A stretch of DNA of 64,000 nucleotides from a virus (IMGVR_UViG_3300025875_000001:32001-96000), one strand, 5' to 3'. Shown: positions 29,141 through 37,576, counted from the first letter of the stretch. Notes: generated by a model from the letters alone, not told the origin. Numbers and translations: made by a program.

Positions 29141-29454
29141 TTCATGATGAGTTAGTGGAGAGGGCAGTTTAACGACATGCCCTAGGTCGTCTTGCTCAGT
29201 ACAGATTAGCGATAGCGTCTCCTATCCAGAATAGCATTGCGAATGCGATTGGAAGAAAGAACAACCAAGCTAGTGCCTTGACCAGTGTAAATAGGTGAGC
29301 GTTCCTCACTTCACCCGGCCCTTCCCTGCTGGATGCCTGTCCATGCATGCCTGCCTAGCCCTCTCAGCCGTCGTGTGCTGGCCTCCCATGGTGTGTCCGG
29401 TAGTGGGTGCCGGGATGATGAGTGTGAGCGCTCCTAGGGGCGTATGGCGGGTAG

Positions 29455-29682
29455 TCACAGCAGACCAAGCCATTCTGCCTCATACTCATCGATTGCTTCG
29501 CGCATGCCTTCCTCGGTGCGCGCGATGGTGGGCACGTCCGTGGCGTAGTCCCACACGTTAATGCAATCGAACGTTCGCCCCGTGCATTCGACGTCCTCCT
29601 GCCCGTGGATATCGATGTATGCGCCACCGTGCCACACATAGGTGGCGTATTCGGTTGTGATGTAGAGAGTTTCCATTGTCAT
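29455..29682 (-). CDS. Hypothetical early protein
   Basis: AGGAG SD before ATG 29682. Confidence 0.65.
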   Translation of the reverse strand: MTMETLYITTEYATYVWHGGAYIDIHGQEDVECTGRTFDCINVWDYATDVPTIARTEEGMREAIDEYEAEWLGLL

Positions 29683-29710
29683 ACTCCTATAGCTAGTGGG
29701 GGGGGGTGGG

Positions 29711-29860
29711 TTAGTGAACGGTGACGCGCGAACCGTGACACTCACAGTGACAACCCACTAGGCGTGTCTGCCACCGAACACCATTCCATGACGTTATGGC
29801 GGTCACAGCGTCACATTCATTGTGCCTGCCCTCTTTGCACGCTTTGACATCCATTGTCAT
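29711..29860 (-). CDS. Small Cys/His-rich protein (49 aa)
   Basis: Read manually: CKEGRHNEC...CHCECH; AAGGA SD. Confidence 0.65.
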   Translation of the reverse strand: MTMDVKACKEGRHNECDAVTAITSWNGVRWQTRLVGCHCECHGSRVTVH

Positions 29861-29896
29861 ATCCTTTGTTTGTATATATCGGTATGGGTGGGTTAG

Positions 29897-30358
29897 TTAG
29901 TCCAGGTCGTCGCTGTCACAGTCGCAGACATCGGCGGCACAGACAGGGAATGCCCTACTGCCGATATTGTAATCAGCGGTGCGCGGGTACTTAGTGAGAA
30001 AGTTTGCCTCTCCCTCATAGCGTGCAAATGCGGAAGTGATGACAGCGTGGGGATAGGTACGCATAACCTCCCGCATCACCCGGCCGTATGCGTGCCAGCA
30101 TGCCCACGGTCCCCGCCGACCTGATGCACTACGTCGGGCGCCCTCACCCTTGCTGCTCACAGCAATGATCCGACCCCGGAATCCGTATCCGTTAGCGGTA
30201 CTCACGTAGCCGCTACCGTCCTGGTGCACGGTCCGAGTGATCTTGCCAATTGGTCCGGCGTCCGGGTGCACGATCACATTGCCGCCGTATTCTGCGCTCA
30301 CCTTCTCAACAATTGCCCGGACAGTGGAGAACTCGACACCCTTGCCACGAACGTACAT
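29897..30358 (-). CDS. Hypothetical early protein
   Basis: 153 aa, AGGAGG SD. Confidence 0.75.
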   Translation of the reverse strand: MYVRGKGVEFSTVRAIVEKVSAEYGGNVIVHPDAGPIGKITRTVHQDGSGYVSTANGYGFRGRIIAVSSKGEGARRSASGRRGPWACWHAYGRVMREVMRTYPHAVITSAFARYEGEANFLTKYPRTADYNIGSRAFPVCAADVCDCDSDDLD

Positions 30359-30397
30359 TTAAAGCCTCCTGCTAGTGTATGTATTGGATATGTCAGT

Positions 30398-30461
30398 TGA
30401 CAATCCATGACTTCCCCTAACAAAGCCTAGCGGCCACATTAGGGGAAATCAAAGCGTGTCA
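30398..30461 (-). other. Conserved post-stop hairpin, copy A (putative RNA processing site)
   Basis: TGACA-CGCTT-TGATTTCCCCTAA...TTAGGGGAAGTCA-TGGAT-TGTCA. Confidence 0.6.
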
Positions 30462-30782
30462 AACACTCATACGCCGAATGCGGGTTGCGGTCTTTCGGTA
30501 TGCCGCCCGCGCCTCTCTCAGCGTGTCGAACGTCTGCCAGTCTGCCCGTGTTCGCCCGCCATCTTCCGTTTCTACCCATCGGGGATAACGTCCGCTGTCA
30601 TCGAAGGTCTCCCCCGGAATGCGGGTGTGAACGTGCCAGCATCCATCATGCCGCATCATAACGGCAGGACTGTCACCGCCGTAATAATCGCTCGATCCGT
30701 CGGCGGGCGTTGACTCCAGATATCCGCATCCGAGCGCATATGCTGACAGTTCGCCCGTCTTAATCGTCATGTCAGTGTTCAT
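30459..30782 (-). CDS. Hypothetical early protein
   Basis: AGGAGG SD before ATG 30782. Confidence 0.7.
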   Translation of the reverse strand: MNTDMTIKTGELSAYALGCGYLESTPADGSSDYYGGDSPAVMMRHDGCWHVHTRIPGETFDDSGRYPRWVETEDGGRTRADWQTFDTLREARAAYRKTATRIRRMSV

Positions 30783-30818
30783 GTCTTTCCTCCTGCTATT
30801 TGTGTCGGATATGTCGTC

Positions 30819-30872
30819 TGACATTCCATGAAAGCTAGCTAGGTTTAATTAGCTAGCTTTCAAAGCGTGTCA
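30819..30872 (-). other. Conserved post-stop hairpin, copy B
   Basis: TGACA-CGCTT-TGAAAGCTAGCTA...TAGCTAGCTTTCA-TGGAA-TGTCA. Confidence 0.6.
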
Positions 30873-31094
30873 GTCGCAGAGGACGTCGGGGTGACAAGAC
30901 GTGTGGTCTCCGGAGTCGTGACGCTCCAAAATGGCAGCGCCATAGGGGTCTCCGATATCGCCGTGGCCCTGGCAGTAATCGATTATCTGCCCACATGCCG
31001 GGCAGGATGAAACGAATTCGATTTCGTCGCCGTCCCACGTAAGGTCATCGGCAGGCCAGTCGGCAGAAACCGAATAGTCATCAAAGTAGGTCAC
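30870..31094 (-). CDS. Small acidic Cys/His protein
   Basis: CPACGQIIDYCQGH...HTSCH. Confidence 0.65.
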   Translation of the reverse strand: MTYFDDYSVSADWPADDLTWDGDEIEFVSSCPACGQIIDYCQGHGDIGDPYGAAILERHDSGDHTSCHPDVLCD

Positions 31095-31249
31095 AGTGTT
31101 TCTCCATCCGTGAAAGTGATCGGGTACTCGACCCAGCCGTTGTGGTCGAACGTCTTGTGGGAGAAGTGCAGGGCGATGGCGTAGGAAATGACCATTAGCG
31201 CCAGGGCGACGGAGACGATGAGCGTCCAGTCAATCTTTCGGCCCACCAT
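31091..31249 (-). CDS. Small membrane protein
   Basis: One TM segment; likely start ATG 31249 within ORF 31091-31381. Confidence 0.55.
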   Translation of the reverse strand: MVGRKIDWTLIVSVALALMVISYAIALHFSHKTFDHNGWVEYPITFTDGETL

Positions 31250-31394
31250 CTCTCCCGTGCCAAACGTTGCGCGCTTGCTGCGATCTACTGTCGTTGCTGT
31301 ACATCGGTTGACTCCTATTGCTAGTTGGATTGCACGGTCACCATGGCACATAGGGCAATAATTGTTAATCCTATGTGCCATGGAAACTAGGCAG

Positions 31395-31694
31395 TCACCA
31401 CCAGGTGCGGATCAAATTGTCGATGGTCGGATCGAGGTTGAGTGTGTAATCGGACACCACCTCATCGGGGGCATTGCCGAGCACGAAGAACACCCAGCCC
31501 GCACCATTCCCGCCGGGCAGCGTCACATGTAGGTGCGCCATATCCACGGCCATGATTGCTTCGACCGCTGCCGTTTCCGTGGAAACCTTGGTTTCCTCCT
31601 CACCATCGTTGACGGAGTAGAGCACGTGCCCGGACTTGCGCAGTGCCCGGATGACCTGCCGGATGCCAGCAGAGTCGGTAGTGGGTGCAGTCAT
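31395..31694 (-). CDS. Hypothetical early protein
   Basis: AGGAG SD before ATG 31694; FVLGN.PDEVVSDY motif. Confidence 0.7.
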   Translation of the reverse strand: MTAPTTDSAGIRQVIRALRKSGHVLYSVNDGEEETKVSTETAAVEAIMAVDMAHLHVTLPGGNGAGWVFFVLGNAPDEVVSDYTLNLDPTIDNLIRTWW

Positions 31695-31704
31695 TGTCTT
31701 TCTC

Positions 31705-31803
31705 CTATCGGTTAGCGGTCGGTCGGTTGGCGATGTCTGCTGCGATGCGCTGTGAGGGGCACCCACACGTTGCCCGGTGATGCTTGGGACAGTTGACGGG
31801 CAT
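31705..31803 (-). CDS. Small peptide (32 aa)
   Basis: Read manually: MPVNCPKHHRATCGCP...; AAAGG SD. Confidence 0.4.
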   Translation of the reverse strand: MPVNCPKHHRATCGCPSQRIAADIANRPTANR

Positions 31804-31825
31804 TGTCTTTACCTTTCGTCGTGTC

Positions 31826-31877
31826 TAACTTTCCATGAAAGCCACTAACGTTAATTAGTGACAATCAAAGCTAGTCA
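31826..31877 (-). other. Conserved post-stop hairpin, copy C
   Basis: TGACT-AGCTT-TGA..GTCACTAA...TTAGTGGC..TCA-TGGAA-AGTTA with G-U pairs. Confidence 0.55.
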
Positions 31878-32162
31878 GAATAGACCATCATTCCATTCCG
31901 ACTCTGTGAGCCGCAGCCAGCGGGACGATTCGCCGTTGTTGAGATTGGTCAATCTGACCCATACCCACCCGGCGTCGAAAGCTTTATCCACCTCCACCAA
32001 CGTGCCTGTCTTGCCCCAGATCGTCACGACGCATCCGATTGCCATTGCTTCACCGGGGGTGAGTGTGTTTGCTTCCACGTAAGCGTTGACCAGTGCGACC
32101 CTTTCATCTGGTCCCATTGCGGGAGAGAATCCGGGGAGCGTGCGAATGTCAGGAACGATCAT
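31875..32162 (-). CDS. Hypothetical early protein
   Basis: AGGAG SD. Confidence 0.7.
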   Translation of the reverse strand: MIVPDIRTLPGFSPAMGPDERVALVNAYVEANTLTPGEAMAIGCVVTIWGKTGTLVEVDKAFDAGWVWVRLTNLNNGESSRWLRLTESEWNDGLF

Positions 32163-32194
32163 TGTCTCTCTCCTATTGCTAGTAGTTGTTTGCG

Positions 32195-32244
32195 TGGCAC
32201 TAGCGGGGATCGAACCCGCACCGTGGACCTTTCCACCTAGTGCC
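32195..32244 (-). ncRNA. 50-nt tRNA-like element (acceptor stem, one hairpin, T-arm)
   Basis: GGCACTA/TAGTGCC 7-bp stem, GTGGA-AAGG-TCCAC hairpin, GCGGG-TTCGATC-CCCGC T-arm, discriminator A. Confidence 0.65.
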
Positions 32245-32459
32245 TACTTGCCCGAGTGAGCCTTAGCGCTTGTCCGCTCACAGTGTCTGACTTTGCACTC
32301 CCGTAGGTGCCTGCACTGATCTTCGCTAGGAGGCTAGCTACTCACTCGGTCTTGCCACGCTGTGTAGTTGTGAAGGTTCGGTGTTGCTGTGCTGGGATCA
32401 GTAAAGCGTAAATCTCGGCGTGTCGCTAGGTTTCCCATATGGAGTATCTGCCAAATCCA

Positions 32460-32864
32460 CAAGATCAAATTAGCAGCATGTGCCAACGGCTGTATCAAGA
32501 TCATCTAGGTTGGGCCGGGTGTCCATACCTTCTTCTTAACGTCACAGCTTTAATAGATAGTTGTATGTACCAAACAATTAGATGCTTGCACTAACCAACT
32601 ATTTTCCAAGATCATTTCAGACCAAGATCGTTGATCTTGAATAGATGGCCGGGTGTTTGATCTTGTTACGATGGTTATTAAAATCTACATGGCTCTTTAC
32701 GATAGTAGTATAAAACTACATGACTTATAAATACTTCTAATAAATTAAAGGATTATTGACAGCCCGCGCTTTTGGGGCTGTGCTTTGCTTGTATAGATTG
32801 TCAATAGAAACACAAATAACCCGCAATTCTTACAAAAACTTTACTATCTAAGTAAATGATCTTG
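32460..32864. repeat. Cluster of seven CAAGATC/GATCTTG heptamers in an AT-rich non-coding region
   Basis: 32460, 32496, 32607, 32623 (CAAGATC); 32633, 32659, 32858 (GATCTTG). Confidence 0.75.
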
Positions 32865-33235
32865 TAAATCTGGCGGGGCGGTGTTAGTTAAGTATAATTA
32901 ATAGAGAAGTCCCATATCCGACTTACAAATTCTGAATTTACAGTGATAGCGCGGGGGTCTTACATTAATTATTAGATTCATTATTTAGTATTTCTACCAT
33001 AAGATATCTCTTAACTAATATGATTATAGGGTGTTTATAGTTATTGTGCAAAATATGGTAGGAATTTGACTTTTTATGGGGTGTTTTGTATGATATTTAT
33101 GTGTTTTTGTAGTAAATTTGCTATATTTTGTCTTTATTTTGCTTATTCCAATACACATAAAAATTGCTAATATATCAAATTTCCCCAGCCGCTGTTTTAA
33201 TTTAAAGACATTCACCCAAAACTCTCAATACAACC

Positions 33236-33661
33236 CTATCTATAGCTCTGTATTAGCTTATAATCATATGTCATACTATATAGACTACCTGTTGTATTAT
33301 CTTCAATCACTCCCGGCACTTTTAGGTTATGTCTTATAGCTACTGCTAGTCTATGATGACCATTGATTAATATATAATCATCCTGCCACCCGGCGCATTT
33401 GATAACCCAGCGTCTATGGTAGCTAATCAGCACCGGCGTTTTAATGCCACGACTTATAAGATCATTTATAAAACCTTGCCCGCACTCTGCATAAGCCTCA
33501 TCCAACCTAGCCTCAAACCATACCCGCCATCGCCCTGTAGTGGCGTGTGAGGCTCTAGGACTATACTTTGGGTAATCTCCTGAGTCTGTAAGCATCTGGA
33601 TTAGTTCTAGGGCATCTGACAGGATCGTTCGCACACCCGGCGCTTGCGTGTGTGTGGTCAT
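33236..33661 (-). CDS. ParB/Srx-like N-terminal domain protein
   Basis: GIKTPVLI...LINGHHRLAVA; likely start ATG 33661. Confidence 0.6.
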   Translation of the reverse strand: MTTHTQAPGVRTILSDALELIQMLTDSGDYPKYSPRASHATTGRWRVWFEARLDEAYAECGQGFINDLISRGIKTPVLISYHRRWVIKCAGWQDDYILINGHHRLAVAIRHNLKVPGVIEDNTTGSLYSMTYDYKLIQSYR

Positions 33662-33745
33662 ACCAAAAATCCATTCGTTTGCAATTGCTACCAAAAATTC
33701 AAATCCTACCAAGAATTGGTTTCATTTTTGATTTCTACCAAAAAT

Positions 33746-33925
33746 TCAAACTCCTAATACAATGAGTACAATTACATACCCAACCAAAGTTGCAGCACCG
33801 ATGTTAATCGCTGAGATGAAATAGAGGATAGCCCTATTGTGGATAAGAGCCAAGCCAAGTGTATGTCCGGCCATTCCAGCATTAAAGAGCATGATAATGA
33901 TTAGAATTCCTACCCAAAATTCCAT
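33746..33925 (-). CDS. Small two-TM membrane protein (59 aa)
   Basis: Read manually; AAGGA SD. Confidence 0.6.
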   Translation of the reverse strand: MEFWVGILIIIMLFNAGMAGHTLGLALIHNRAILYFISAINIGAATLVGYVIVLIVLGV

Positions 33926-34056
33926 TTGACTATCCTTACATTAGGAAGTACATGACTACGATAATCCAGACTAGACCACCAATAACACTACCAATCACTG
34001 CCGCCCGGCCAAATTCAATAGACTCCTTGTAATCCCGGCCCTTTTAATCTTATTCA

Positions 34057-34281
34057 TTAAATTAGGTCTCCGAATCCATAGTTACGCAGGTCATCCTCAA
34101 TGTCCCACGCCTCCATATCCCGCTCAAATGCCCTCTCAGGCTCACCAGCACGCATGCATGCCTTAGCCTGCTCCAAGAGGCCGCGACGGTACTCAGCCAG
34201 CTTGACAGCCTGTGTGCGGGTGGGACCTTCGATGGCCTGCGTAGACCGGCGGGTGGCGTTGCCTGCAATGATGATGTCCAT
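34057..34281 (-). CDS. Hypothetical early protein (leaderless)
   Basis: Promoter -10 lies 6 nt before ATG. Confidence 0.75.
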   Translation of the reverse strand: MDIIIAGNATRRSTQAIEGPTRTQAVKLAEYRRGLLEQAKACMRAGEPERAFERDMEAWDIEDDLRNYGFGDLI

Positions 34282-34287
34282 AGCTAG

Positions 34288-34316
34288 AACCTAATGCCTC
34301 TCAGACAGGTTGTCAA
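34288..34316 (-). promoter_or_regulatory. SigA-type promoter
   Basis: TTGACA-17-TAGGTT-6-ATG. Confidence 0.85.
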
Positions 34317-34321
34317 TGGTT

Positions 34322-34513
34322 TCAGCGAAAAAGTCGTGCGTTGTGCTTTTCGCACTTACGGCAGTTGGCCCACAGCACCCGACCATTATACTCAACACCA
34401 GCCTCACTCAAAACAGCCTTGACAGGCTTGGAACAAACGGTGGCCTGCCCATCGGTGGAGTAGTGGAGCATCTGTCCGGTAGGAGTGTTGACGACCAGCA
34501 CCTTGTTTGCCAT
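34322..34513 (-). CDS. Small Zn-binding early protein (leaderless)
   Basis: H...C...CRKC; promoter directly upstream. Confidence 0.75.
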   Translation of the reverse strand: MANKVLVVNTPTGQMLHYSTDGQATVCSKPVKAVLSEAGVEYNGRVLWANCRKCEKHNARLFR

Positions 34514-34519
34514 GACTAA

Positions 34520-34548
34520 AACCTAGTGCCTCTCCGTCTGCCTGTCAA
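34520..34548 (-). promoter_or_regulatory. SigA-type promoter, near-duplicate of 34288-34316
   Basis: TTGACA-17-TAGGTT-6-ATG, shared GAGGCA in spacer. Confidence 0.85.
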
Positions 34549-34913
34549 GCCTCTGGCGCAACTTCCTCAATATTACTCACAGTAACCATGCGCCTACCCA
34601 AATAACAGTCAAGGCCAGCGGCATTATTCTGCCATACATCGCTCTCGGGATACTCCTTATCAGATTCTGTATACCACTCTGCCTCATCTTCAAACCCGCG
34701 TTCTATGCAAGCATATTCATAATAGAAATACTCTGTGTCAAAATCATGAATAAGCGTTGTGACAATGGCATAGGCGCTATCGGGATTGTGTTGTAGATAG
34801 TCTAAGTCAGCCTGTGCCTTAGCCTTATCCAAATAGCTTCTAAATGGATAGGGCCTAAGAGCCGATCCACCGTCAAAATTTAGAATTTGTCGGGTAATCA
34901 CAAATGCGTTCAT
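34545..34913 (-). CDS. Hypothetical protein
   Basis: 122 aa. Confidence 0.65.
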   Translation of the reverse strand: MNAFVITRQILNFDGGSALRPYPFRSYLDKAKAQADLDYLQHNPDSAYAIVTTLIHDFDTEYFYYEYACIERGFEDEAEWYTESDKEYPESDVWQNNAAGLDCYLGRRMVTVSNIEEVAPEA

Positions 34914-34990
34914 TAAATATCACTTCTCACTTCTTTTTCTCCGCATCCTTCACAATAACGAATTTGGCCGGATACAGGTTTCGTCATCCA

Positions 34991-35305
34991 TTAGAGCATC
35001 CCCGACATAAGCAAGTCAAGCTTATAATTGATGTTATCAATCATCTCTCGGCGCTCTGGCGTCTCATCTTCATGGTAGCAATTGACATACCAAACTTCAC
35101 CATAACTACCGTCCCCGCGCCTACCAGTATTACGCCAAAACTTCCCGCCAAATCCAAGATTACCCATAAAACGGTATTCGCTGCAATGGCGATTGGTCTG
35201 TGTCCACACAAAATCCTCTCGTCCACTCTCACGCGCACCAGCAAAATCAACCAGCACATCATAAATGGCATGTGCCTGCTCAGCGGTCAAAGTATTATCA
35301 CTCAT
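34991..35305 (-). CDS. Hypothetical protein
   Basis: GAGGGAG SD before ATG 35305; EYRFMGNLGFGGKFW motif. Confidence 0.7.
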   Translation of the reverse strand: MSDNTLTAEQAHAIYDVLVDFAGARESGREDFVWTQTNRHCSEYRFMGNLGFGGKFWRNTGRRGDGSYGEVWYVNCYHEDETPERREMIDNINYKLDLLMSGML

Positions 35306-35373
35306 TATTGTCTCCCTCTCAGTTGATTGCATGGGCATGAAATTGTGTCTAGGTAAATAATCACCGGCTACGC

Positions 35374-35496
35374 CTAGCACTGAGAAATGATTCCCATCGG
35401 CTTTGCGAAACGCCTGTCGTCCTGCCTGCCGCTGTAGGCCAGGGTCGGCTCGGTCGGCTGCCACTTGATCGGCTTGTGTGCGTCGGTGTGTGCCAT
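35374..35496 (-). CDS. Small protein (40 aa, leaderless)
   Basis: TTGACA(35526-31)-17-TTAACT-6-ATG. Confidence 0.55.
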   Translation of the reverse strand: MAHTDAHKPIKWQPTEPTLAYSGRQDDRRFAKPMGIISQC

Positions 35497-35527
35497 GACT
35501 AGAGTTAAGCAGCTAGGTGGCCGGATG

Positions 35528-35758
35528 TCAAGATGTAATTTTATGCGTATGTCCGCATGAGCATTCGAACCAAATAGACGCCTTAGTCTCATAGAGCAAC
35601 TTATTCAGATCATGCTTATGGCCGGACTTTAGAGTGTCGTCGTCTCGCTTACGCTTTGACTTAATGCCGGGAAAATATCCCTTATTAGGAGTGGCGCAAT
35701 ACTTGCAACGCATACCACCAATAAAGCCGCTATTGCCACACCAGCCACAGCGGGGCAT
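35528..35758 (-). CDS. Small Zn-finger protein
   Basis: CGWC...CKYC...H...CSCGH. Confidence 0.65.
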   Translation of the reverse strand: MPRCGWCGNSGFIGGMRCKYCATPNKGYFPGIKSKRKRDDDTLKSGHKHDLNKLLYETKASIWFECSCGHTHKITS

Positions 35759-36081
35759 TAGACTCCCCCAAACTTTTCCTTTAGCCGCAGATACTCGATA
35801 TATTCAGGATCGTGCTTAGGAAGATCACGGCCATCTACCCAACCGTAACGCCATTCGCCTAAAATGCCGCGACCGGACCGATGATAGCCATAAACCAATT
35901 CTTCCTTAGGGTTTATGACATTGAGATGGACAGAGGTGATTTCACCATCACCCACTCCCATAACACCCTTGCCTTTAACAGCATCACAAGCCTCTTGCTC
36001 ATCCTCATAATAACCAATAATTTTCATAGGCCCCCGGCCTTCGGTCAGATCGCTATTGACCTTTGCAATATAAATACGCAT
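35758..36081 (-). CDS. Hypothetical protein
   Basis: DLTEGRG motif, packed. Confidence 0.7.
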   Translation of the reverse strand: MRIYIAKVNSDLTEGRGPMKIIGYYEDEQEACDAVKGKGVMGVGDGEITSVHLNVINPKEELVYGYHRSGRGILGEWRYGWVDGRDLPKHDPEYIEYLRLKEKFGGV

Positions 36082-36084
36082 TAC

Positions 36085-36195
36085 TTACCCCTTAGGCTTA
36101 ATAGCAGTACGGATCTTGCCGTCGAATGCTTGCATTTCCTTAGCTTGGCGGTCTTGCATTTTCTCATATCGCCGGTCAATCTTGGATTTAGCCAT
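36085..36195 (-). CDS. Small basic protein
   Basis: GGAG SD before ATG 36195. Confidence 0.5.
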   Translation of the reverse strand: MAKSKIDRRYEKMQDRQAKEMQAFDGKIRTAIKPKG

Positions 36196-36363
36196 CAAAG
36201 TCTCCAAAAATGTTGTCAAGTGTAGGCTTAGTGACCTGCTCATAAAAGTAAATGCGAGTCTCATCTTCGGTCCAGCCATTAGCAATACGCTTTTTCATCC
36301 ATTCGCGCTGGACGTCACGGTAATGCTTATTGAGACCATGATTGCCGGGGAACAGATTAGTCA

Positions 36364-36807
36364 TTACTTATACTCCGGTGGGTTGACGGGATTGTCAATA
36401 GTTCCATTCAGAATGTTGTAGACAAGTGCGCCAAGCCTTCCGTTGCCGTCCTTCATCGGGTGAATCCACATAAGCTCACGGTAGAATTCAGGCGGTGTCA
36501 TATCGTACACTCTAAGCTGAGTAAACAGATAATCTAGCGCACCGCCAATCAAATCAGCGTCAACAGCACTGCCACCACCCATGAACACCGCCGGGCCGGT
36601 GCGGAAACGGCCATTGGGATTGGCAACAGGGTCAATCACGCGCGCTAACTGCTGAATCTTACCAACAGTTAGCGGCGCACCAATCTTTGCCCGAATGGCA
36701 GCGGCTTCCCAGGCATTTTCCATGCCATCGAAATCCTCAATGGTGGTTGCGTGCTGTAACTCACATTGCCGGTAGCACCATGCCTTGACCTGCTCTGTCA
36801 TCGTCAT
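36364..36807 (-). CDS. Fic domain protein
   Basis: IHPMKDGNGR variant of HPFxDGNGR. Confidence 0.85.
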   Translation of the reverse strand: MTMTEQVKAWCYRQCELQHATTIEDFDGMENAWEAAAIRAKIGAPLTVGKIQQLARVIDPVANPNGRFRTGPAVFMGGGSAVDADLIGGALDYLFTQLRVYDMTPPEFYRELMWIHPMKDGNGRLGALVYNILNGTIDNPVNPPEYK

Positions 36808-36813
36808 AGCTCT

Positions 36814-36859
36814 ATTAAAGCCTCCCTAGGCTGAGTTGTCAAGCATTAATTACAAGATC
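36814..36859 (-). promoter_or_regulatory. Promoter with upstream GATCTTG box
   Basis: GATCTTG-10-TTGACA-17-TTTAAT-6-ATG. Confidence 0.75.
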
Positions 36860-37375
36860 GTTTGGACTGCATTCGGAACAGTGTTCCACATGACTACCGA
36901 GAGTAACCTTAGCTTGCTGATATTTCTTCCTCATTTCCACTAGCTCAGCCTTCGCCCGCTCAAATCGCCGAGCCTAGATGATATTTATAGGAATTGACAG
37001 ATGCCACCTTTCGCTTTAGGTCAATATGATGCCAATCAACGGTGGCCTTGATCTGTCGATAATTACACATATGGGTTGGTCCCCTTAATTTCTACCGGCT
37101 TAATGTAGACCATCTCCCTATCAATTGCCCGGTCGTCGTAATGCATATTCATATATGCAGTCGCTTCTACGTGAGTAAAAAAGAGCTTATCTAGCTCTTC
37201 TCCAATATCATCCCAAACGAATACGCCATAAACTGTCATTCTTCGTCATCCTCAATTTCGTCATATGCCTCATCAAGCAGCGCATTGTGCCGCTCGTCCT
37301 GCCAATCACAATAATTATTCCATTCCTCATCGCTGGCATATTCCGGGTCTACCGGCGGGTGATAGCGAACACTCA

Positions 37376-37570
37376 TCAATCATCAACTCCAAAAGAAAAA
37401 CAATCATTGTGACAAATTCCATTAAGCTTCCATGCATGATATTCTCGTCCATGCCAGACACAGGTAGGTAGGTCGCATAAAATGCAGTCACCAATGATCT
37501 TGACATCATCGTCAAAGTCATCCTCAACACAGATTGCACAGTGCTTATGAGCTGTCGCGGTGTTTGGCAT
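37376..37570 (-). CDS. Small Cys/His-rich protein
   Basis: CAIC...CILC...C..H; promoter directly upstream. Confidence 0.6.
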   Translation of the reverse strand: MPNTATAHKHCAICVEDDFDDDVKIIGDCILCDLPTCVWHGREYHAWKLNGICHNDCFSFGVDD

Positions 37571-37576
37571 GGTTAG

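Noticed and set aside
29698-29706. G9 tract as a phase-variation switch
   Set aside because: Intergenic, upstream of the SD and not in a recognisable promoter spacer, so length change has no evident effect
29780-29820. TCATGGAATG resembling a fourth copy of the post-stop hairpin family
   Set aside because: Lies inside a credible 49-aa Cys/His gene (29711-29860) and lacks the NGCTT arm and lower stem
33024-33339. ORFs in the AT-rich non-coding region
   Set aside because: Low-complexity translations without SD or promoter support
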